Below, in pieces: positions 36,501 through 42,232 of a DNA stretch of 42,232 bases. Below the pieces are notes generated by a model, which was given only the letters and a program-made list of their open reading frames with translations, made no database searches and was not told where the DNA came from. How positions within the stretch are numbered: the first letter of the stretch is position 1; every line of letters begins with the position of its first letter. The translations under genes were made by a program, and so were the position numbers. The stretch comes from Eubacteriales bacterium (GTDB lineage: Bacteria; Bacillota; Clostridia; Oscillospirales; JAAYXM01): NCBI GenBank assembly GCA_045533555.1, contig JAZSHZ010000094.1:1-42232 (forward strand). The letters run 5' to 3'.

Positions 36501-39500
36501 TGGCGTATATTCGGGCAAGCTCACGGCTGAAAAGCTTGGCGAAACAGTGTTTACCGCAACTGCGGTTATCGACGGTGTGACATATACGGAGGATATAACC
36601 GTAACGGTTGAGAACCCGCCGATGCTTCAGACGGTCGGTGTCACATTCGATAAGGACACGATCCTTGCAACAAGAACTGCAAATGCAAGCCTTACCCTCA
36701 TTCGTGAGGATGGATCGGCATATCCTGAGGATAAACCACAGACAATAATCTATGAAAGCTCGGATGAAGCTGTTGCAACGGTTGATGCAAACGGCGTCAT
36801 AACAGGTGTCGCAAAGGGCGAGGCAACCATCAAGGCAACTGTTATCACACCCGATGCAACCATTTCGGGTGAAAAGACAATAAAGGTTGAAGCGGCGCCG
36901 ATTCTTGCGGAGCTCAAGCTTGAGACAGAAAACAACACGCTCATCATCGGCGGAAGTCGCGAGCTTTCCGCGGTCGCAATAATGAGCGATGAGCTTCCGG
37001 GTGATGCTTCAAAATATACAATTAACTATGAAAGCAACAATGAAGAGGTTGCAACAGTTGATGCAAACGGCGTTGTCACTGCAATTGCGGAAGGAACAGT
37101 CATCATCTCGGCAGTTGCAAAGAACGAGGAAGGCAAGAACCTCAGTGCAGTTATTAAGCTTGAGGTGTTTGACGGAATCCCGCCTGTTGTCATCGACTTC
37201 ACACAGACGGTCTGCGAACGCCACGCCGTTCCGACCGACACTCCGGGATATACTCTTATCTACCCGGGAAGCAGCGATATGTCAAAATACACATATTCAA
37301 ACGGAAGAAGCCTTCTCCATGTCGCAACCCGCGCTCCGAGCAATGCTGTATGGCCGGCATCCAAGGATATGAAGAATGCATTCGGCATCAAGATCAATAT
37401 TCCGTTTGAGAGTGACTACAGTGTAAGTCTTATCGGAGGCTCAAGCTCCGGTGGCGCGATGTATTCAATTTTTGTTGACGGAGTATATGTCGGCGACCAC
37501 AGCTTCTATAATCCGGATTATGATTCATTGCACTATGATAAGCTCAACACGCTCAACACCATTCACCTCGAAGCGGGTGAGCACGAGGTTATCATGCGCG
37601 CAAGAAAGTCGATCTACTCAACAGCATATGCACAGCTCGATTCTCTCAGCTTCACTCCTGTCGAGGGTGAAACAGTGTTTGACAGCATCGTTGCAGACAT
37701 CCCCACAGAGCTTGCAGTAGGCGAGGTTTATACCTGCGAAGCTTATGCAAAAATGACTGACGGCAGTGCATATCACTTCGGTGTGACTGCTGAAGGTGAA
37801 ATTGATAAAGAAAACACATTCGGTGCAGAAAAAACAGGCGATTCTCTCACACTTTCCGATTTTATTTCATATGAGATAGGAAAATCAGGCAAATCGAAGC
37901 TGACTCTCACAGGCGTTTCTGAAGGCAAGACAACAATAAAGCTTTCTGCAACAATCGCAGGAAAGACAGTGACGAAAGAAGTTGTTGTCAATGTCACAAA
38001 CGATCCGATCAAGTCGGTCACGGCTGAGACGGAAGCAGAAGAGCTCTTTGCCGGAGACAGCTCTCTCCTTATCGCAAAGGCACTTCTCACAAGCGGACGC
38101 GAACTTAAGTCCGCTGAGATAAGCTTTGAATCCCTCACACCCGATGTTGTAACGGTTGAAGGCGATATGCTGACGGCAAAGACAGTCGGAACGGCTAAAA
38201 TCAAAGCAACTGCAAGCTTCAACGGAAACACGGTTGAAAATATTTTCGATGTTGAAGTTCTTCCTGAGGGTATGACGGATATTCTCGTAACCGCAGGCGG
38301 AAGTGAGCATATCCGCCGGACGGATATTGCGGATGCAGATGTCAATGATTATCTTGTTCCGCTCTATGTTCAGGCAATTTCGAACCTCGGAAACGAGATT
38401 GATATGACGGGTGCAAAAATAACCGCACGCGCTCTCAACCCGGAAGTTGCAACACTTGATGAGGCGATGAACATCGTCCCCGTATATGCAGACCCCGAAA
38501 ACGGAAGCAAAGCGGGCTTTGAAGTCACCGTCAAGACGGCAGACGGAAGAATCAGAACGGTCACAAAGACATTGACCGTTGCAAACGCAAAGACAAAAGC
38601 AACATATATGACCGCTGAAAAGGCGGCAATTGCGCGAGATAACGTCGCAAGATTTGATTGGGCAAAATCTGCAGCAGAAAGCAACTATATAAAGCTTGCC
38701 GATGTTTTTGTCGATAAGATCGATGTCCTCTATGATATGATAACATCAAATGAGGTTCCGAGATCAACAGGTATCGGCGCAGAAGGCGACCCCGAGATGT
38801 ACCACTGCCGCTACTGTGCAACAGACATACGTCTTGAGCACGGCTCATACTCATGGAAGCACAATCCGTTCAACCGTCCGTGGAAGGTTCAGTGTCCCGA
38901 ATGCCAGAGATATTTCCCGTCAAATGACTTTGGAAGCTTCTATAAGCTTGGTCTTAATGAATACGGCGAATTCTCTCGTCAGCGTGCTCTTGATAAGCAC
39001 GCAGAACTCTTCGGAGATCCGAATGCAGAAAAGGGAAGCGATGCCTACTATGGCTACGGCAAGGGATATCTCAAGAATGAGCTTTATGACAATCTCGCAA
39101 ACGTAAAAACAATCAACGTCAACAAAGGACTCCGTGACGGTGAAACACAGGACACATGGGGCGTAGATGACGGTATGGGTTATGTCCCGAAGAAGCCGGA
39201 CGGAACACCCTATACCTATGACAACGGCGTTGTTGAGCGCCACACATATATCGCAGAATATATGCACAGCGGCATCTGGAGAAAGCAGGTCGCAGGCGGC
39301 GGTGTAGTTATTGAAGCAATAAAACGTTGCTCGAATGCATATTTCTATACGGGCGAAAAGAAATACGGCAGAGTTGCGGCTATCCTTCTTGACCGTGTTG
39401 CAGACTTCTATCCCGGCTACGATATTTCGGTGTTTGGCGATAACGTCTGGAATTCCGACGGTGGCTCAAACCTCGGTAAGACAATCGGACGAATCTGGGA

Positions 39501-42232
39501 GACAGGAACGATCGGAGACTTTATGTCGTCATATGATATGGTATTTGATATGTATGACGATCCGGAGGTATTCAGATACCTCAACGATAAGTCGAAGGTA
39601 TATAAGATGCGCCACGCAAAGGATACACCGAACCAGATAAGAACAAACATCGAGGATGGAATCATCCGCGAGGGCCTTGATTGCCTTGTAACAACGGAGG
39701 TTGCAGGTAACTTCGGCTATCCGCAGGTTCCGAATGCCCGTGGTGCGGTAATCCTCGACTCGATGCCGGAATCCCGCGAATGGCTCGATTTCCTTATGGC
39801 TCCGGGCTGGACAACGGTTGCACCGTGTCTCGGCGGCGGTATTGAAGAGACTCTCATCAATACGATAGATGCAGACGGTCAGGGTAACGAAGCTTCGACA
39901 TATAACGTCGCATGGCATCAGACGCTTATAAGAATCAACGATATTCTCGAAGGATATGACAGATATCCCGCGGCAAACCTCTATAACAATCCGAAGTTTG
40001 TCCAGATGTTCTATTCTAATCTCCCGCTTATCGCATCGAACTACTCGCCGAACATCGGTGACTCGGGCTCGACGGCAAGCAAGACGCATTGGATAGGCAA
40101 CGAGGTTGCCCTCAATGGTTGGAAGCATCTTAAGGATCCTGTTTTCGCTCAGGTTCTTTATATGCTCAACGGCAATAAATCAACGGGTCTCCACTATAAT
40201 GATACGGACTATAATCCCGACAGACTCGCAACAGAGGTTCAGAAGGTCATCGATGAATATGGCGTGCTCAAGCTCGATTCCGAGATGATGACGAACTTTG
40301 GTTTCGCAATGCTCCGCGATGGTGGCGACTACACCAACGTTACCGATGCAACCGCAAAGGAAACGCGCAGAAATGTCTGGATGTATTTCGGCTCTAACAG
40401 CGGCCACGGACATGCAGATACACTCAATCTCGGTATGACGGCATTCGGTCTCAACTATATGCCCGAGCTTGCATATCCGGAAGCAACGGGAACACAGCCG
40501 AACCGTCTCCAGTGGGTACAGACGACTCTCTCCCATAACACGGTTATGGTCGATGAGGTTCAGCAGACGGGCGAAGCGGAAATCCGCGGAAATCAGCTCC
40601 ATTTTGATGATGCGGGCATGATTCAGGTTATGGATGTCGATGCAAGCTATGTTTATAAGGCAGTTGATCAGTATCGCAGAAGCGTTGTCTATGTCAAGAT
40701 AGATGATGAAAACTCCTATGCGGTAGACTTCTTCCGCGTCAATGGCGGTAATGACCATCTCTATTCCTTCCATGCATCATCGAATGAAATTCTCGAAACA
40801 GAAGGTCTCGACCTCGTTCCGCAGGTTGATGAAGAAGGAAACTATAAGGGAAGCTATGCGGGAATTGATGTGCCCTATGGTCCTGACCCGAATTCGCCCG
40901 AAGCATGGAGCTATGTAACGGTTTATCCGAGAGGATACACATGGCTTCGCAATGTTGACCGCGCAAGCAACCCCGAATCAAAGTTCGAGATTGACTTTGC
41001 GATAAAGGACTTCAATAAGGCAATCAAGGATTCGAAGGGCCTTGCGCTTCATATGACGATGCTCAATGACGGAAATATTGCAGACGGCGTAACGCGTTCG
41101 GTATCAATCGCAGACGGTCTCCCGCCGCAGAAGGTTGAAAACAAGAACATCGATAAGTTTAAGTATGTTCTCGTCAAGCACACGGGCGAAAACCTCGACA
41201 CGACCTTCACAACGGTCTTTGAACCCTACAGAACAACAAGGAATCTCACATCAGCAGATGAGCTTGCGGCAGAAATCATCGATGGTCGCGAAAACGAAGG
41301 CGATGCACATCGCGCACTCAAGATAACTCATGCAAGCGGCAGAGTTGATTATATCTTCTGGGCAACGAATAATTCAGTAACCTATAAGGTAACGGATGGC
41401 GAGAAGGAAATTCTCTTCCGCGGATTCGTCGGTATGTATACGCTTCAGAACGGCGAAAACACATATAAGTATGTCCACGATGGCGATATCATCGGCGAAG
41501 AGACAGGCGCTCTCGCATCGCTCAAGGGCGTAATCAAAGGATTTACAAAGACTCACGAATATGAGAACGAAATCGTCATCACACCGCAGGATGCAATCAG
41601 CGATGAAGAGCTTTCAGATCTTGCAAACCGCTATATCTTCGTTGATAATGATCCGAAGATGAGAAGCGGCGCATTCAGAATCTATGGTGCAACGCGCGAT
41701 GGCGAGGATATTGTTCTCGATATCGGCAGAATCACTCCGATTCGTCAGTATGTCAATGTATTTGATGAATCAAAGGGATATATCTACACGATCGAAGAAG
41801 GCCAGAGCGCAGAAATCCCGCTTTCCTTCAGCGAGGATAATGCTCCCGAATTTGCAGAGATAAGCGATAAGCTTTCAACGAGCGCAGGAAGCTCGATCAG
41901 CGTCAAGGTAACGGCAACAAGTCCTCTTGAGCGCGATATCGTCTATAAAGACGGCGGTATGCCGCGCGGCGCAGTGCTTGATGAGACGAGCGGAACGATA
42001 ACCTGGAAGCCGGATAACTCGCAGGTTGGTGCAAACCACTTTGCAATCACTGCAGTGGATTCCGACGGACGCGAATCGACAGTCCACTTCGATATCACGG
42101 TCTATGGTTCGACCACAGGTGGCGGCGCAAGCTCCGGCGCACCGTCCACACCGGGAACAAGCACACCGACCATCCCGCCGACACAATCGGATGAAAAGGA
42201 CAACACTGCGGGCTCAACCGATAATGTAGGGG
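33550..42232 (+). CDS. giant secreted multidomain heparinase II/III-like polysaccharide lyase (at least 2894 aa, 3'-incomplete; not in the ORF track)
   Basis: manual translation found no stop from ATG 33550 (GGAGGT RBS) to the window end. Signal peptide MKKMSVKRAFALILSLAMMISLLPAVAFG; four CBM-like + Ig modules; Big_2 repeats (ATVDANGVVT); CRYC...CPEC; GHGHAD (40402-40419) and SHNTVMVD (40531-40554) Hepar_II_III motifs; putative Ig domain; G/S/T/P linker. Confidence 0.88.
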   Translation, partial: MKKMSVKRAFALILSLAMMISLLPAVAFGATVAPIVIDFTKATIDGGGSSVATVVSAINSPEFTSVAEESSEYTGDNQRTHYSTKTGEKLLLAAMSSGGWTSLNWTDANANAAKARWTIEFSVPTAGWYSVDFITALWSAGADFYVYADGQYAGVLECYDKEKSDGFYRNDDKLENTVYLTPDENGKIRMMFAIKRAPYGPGRLLLHKMTLTYVGEKLSYSAASTIPSQIEFGSELDFEAFAKLSDGSRYVTNGYNADRTANSDKTTVSVKSGTSIGITETANENGIYSGKVTAKELGKTVFTVTSVVGGTTYTKDITVEVVNAITPKKIELEFSEDTVNNGGTALPLKEYTTKDTANFSIVPELTSTKSGSRVQYKVEAMSTKKLLDIAPRANSNRTWIVEKQKKGNYVDAMFTVETELLVPGWYNLSLQGGLRSSGAEFYVYVNGQYAGLYSFCGEGNPFAAGEVKSLNSLYLTPDKNGKARISLCVAKTHYDTPYALLYKMWLTPVEAEKVEFKQFTHNIPETVYVGDVINAEFRAEMSDGSYRHLNGYLSDATADAKNSMSVAVKSGTSLGFASTYDALLSDGTYTATLTANAEGETVMTATIMIDGETYTQDIPVNVKPVPKLSEVGVKTNYKKILIGKTAKASFALLRDDGKPYPEDGEKTVTYESLTPDIATVDANGVVTGIAAGTAKIKVTVATPDATVSGEGEITVIDSVSEKEMEFSINTLENGNATNPKTPLKDYIVKDAANFAIVPELTSGTVDGRVQYTVPEFGKLALLCIGTRGYSNMTWIQSAESTNANANPANAMFTIETDLDAPGWYNLRILGGGWKSASEYYVYANGKYAGLYNFWIDGADTFASTGEKKLNSLYLEPDENGKVRISFCVAKTHYSTPYGILYKMWITPVDGEVTFKGFKHNAPEKIYLGESTDVEIRAEMSDGSFRHVNGYDYAAKADPNNSFGVAVKSGDSLKIESTYDALTSDGVYSGKLTAEKLGETVFTATAVIDGVTYTEDITVTVENPPMLQTVGVTFDKDTILATRTANASLTLIREDGSAYPEDKPQTIIYESSDEAVATVDANGVITGVAKGEATIKATVITPDATISGEKTIKVEAAPILAELKLETENNTLIIGGSRELSAVAIMSDELPGDASKYTINYESNNEEVATVDANGVVTAIAEGTVIISAVAKNEEGKNLSAVIKLEVFDGIPPVVIDFTQTVCERHAVPTDTPGYTLIYPGSSDMSKYTYSNGRSLLHVATRAPSNAVWPASKDMKNAFGIKINIPFESDYSVSLIGGSSSGGAMYSIFVDGVYVGDHSFYNPDYDSLHYDKLNTLNTIHLEAGEHEVIMRARKSIYSTAYAQLDSLSFTPVEGETVFDSIVADIPTELAVGEVYTCEAYAKMTDGSAYHFGVTAEGEIDKENTFGAEKTGDSLTLSDFISYEIGKSGKSKLTLTGVSEGKTTIKLSATIAGKTVTKEVVVNVTNDPIKSVTAETEAEELFAGDSSLLIAKALLTSGRELKSAEISFESLTPDVVTVEGDMLTAKTVGTAKIKATASFNGNTVENIFDVEVLPEGMTDILVTAGGSEHIRRTDIADADVNDYLVPLYVQAISNLGNEIDMTGAKITARALNPEVATLDEAMNIVPVYADPENGSKAGFEVTVKTADGRIRTVTKTLTVANAKTKATYMTAEKAAIARDNVARFDWAKSAAESNYIKLADVFVDKIDVLYDMITSNEVPRSTGIGAEGDPEMYHCRYCATDIRLEHGSYSWKHNPFNRPWKVQCPECQRYFPSNDFGSFYKLGLNEYGEFSRQRALDKHAELFGDPNAEKGSDAYYGYGKGYLKNELYDNLANVKTINVNKGLRDGETQDTWGVDDGMGYVPKKPDGTPYTYDNGVVERHTYIAEYMHSGIWRKQVAGGGVVIEAIKRCSNAYFYTGEKKYGRVAAILLDRVADFYPGYDISVFGDNVWNSDGGSNLGKTIGRIWETGTIGDFMSSYDMVFDMYDDPEVFRYLNDKSKVYKMRHAKDTPNQIRTNIEDGIIREGLDCLVTTEVAGNFGYPQVPNARGAVILDSMPESREWLDFLMAPGWTTVAPCLGGGIEETLINTIDADGQGNEASTYNVAWHQTLIRINDILEGYDRYPAANLYNNPKFVQMFYSNLPLIASNYSPNIGDSGSTASKTHWIGNEVALNGWKHLKDPVFAQVLYMLNGNKSTGLHYNDTDYNPDRLATEVQKVIDEYGVLKLDSEMMTNFGFAMLRDGGDYTNVTDATAKETRRNVWMYFGSNSGHGHADTLNLGMTAFGLNYMPELAYPEATGTQPNRLQWVQTTLSHNTVMVDEVQQTGEAEIRGNQLHFDDAGMIQVMDVDASYVYKAVDQYRRSVVYVKIDDENSYAVDFFRVNGGNDHLYSFHASSNEILETEGLDLVPQVDEEGNYKGSYAGIDVPYGPDPNSPEAWSYVTVYPRGYTWLRNVDRASNPESKFEIDFAIKDFNKAIKDSKGLALHMTMLNDGNIADGVTRSVSIADGLPPQKVENKNIDKFKYVLVKHTGENLDTTFTTVFEPYRTTRNLTSADELAAEIIDGRENEGDAHRALKITHASGRVDYIFWATNNSVTYKVTDGEKEILFRGFVGMYTLQNGENTYKYVHDGDIIGEETGALASLKGVIKGFTKTHEYENEIVITPQDAISDEELSDLANRYIFVDNDPKMRSGAFRIYGATRDGEDIVLDIGRITPIRQYVNVFDESKGYIYTIEEGQSAEIPLSFSEDNAPEFAEISDKLSTSAGSSISVKVTATSPLERDIVYKDGGMPRGAVLDETSGTITWKPDNSQVGANHFAITAVDSDGRESTVHFDITVYGSTTGGGASSGAPSTPGTSTPTIPPTQSDEKDNTAGSTDNVG

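Noticed and set aside
33477-42229. Many short ORFs listed in the track across the last 8.7 kb
   Set aside because: All overlap the single uninterrupted + frame starting at 33550.

Overview
Chromosomal window from a Clostridia-type bacterium (Oscillospiraceae-like, inferred from gene order and sigma-A promoter style); almost all genes are on the + strand. (1) 76-1684: proB and an RlmA-like methyltransferase. (2) ~1730-5420: an AT-rich island of co-oriented small membrane/secreted genes that resemble toxin-immunity proteins. They are separated by GGACGGTTCT/AGAACCGTCC inverted-repeat arms and GTAG-type REP hairpins, and sit behind one consensus promoter. This cassette-like array has no recombinase in the window and is the best candidate for an undescribed system. 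(3) 5516-26640: mostly core genes (small zinc-ribbon protein missed by the ORF track, polysaccharide deacetylase, DUF2974 hydrolase, NagD-like HAD, lipoprotein + two-component system, DUF1385, prmC, recA, recX, rimO, pgsA, cysS, polA, rimI, tsaD, isocitrate dehydrogenase-family enzyme, rex). A 500-bp intergenic region here carries XerD/dif-like and DnaA-box-like motifs. (4) 26849-end: an uncharacterised carbohydrate locus (DeoR regulator, FGGY kinase, FucI/AraA-family isomerase, two tandem neutral-ceramidase-like paralogues). It is followed by a secreted heparinase II/III-like polysaccharide lyase of at least 2894 aa with CBM-like and Ig-like repeats, absent from the ORF track because it runs off the window end. 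All family calls come from motif recognition by eye; no database searches were run.
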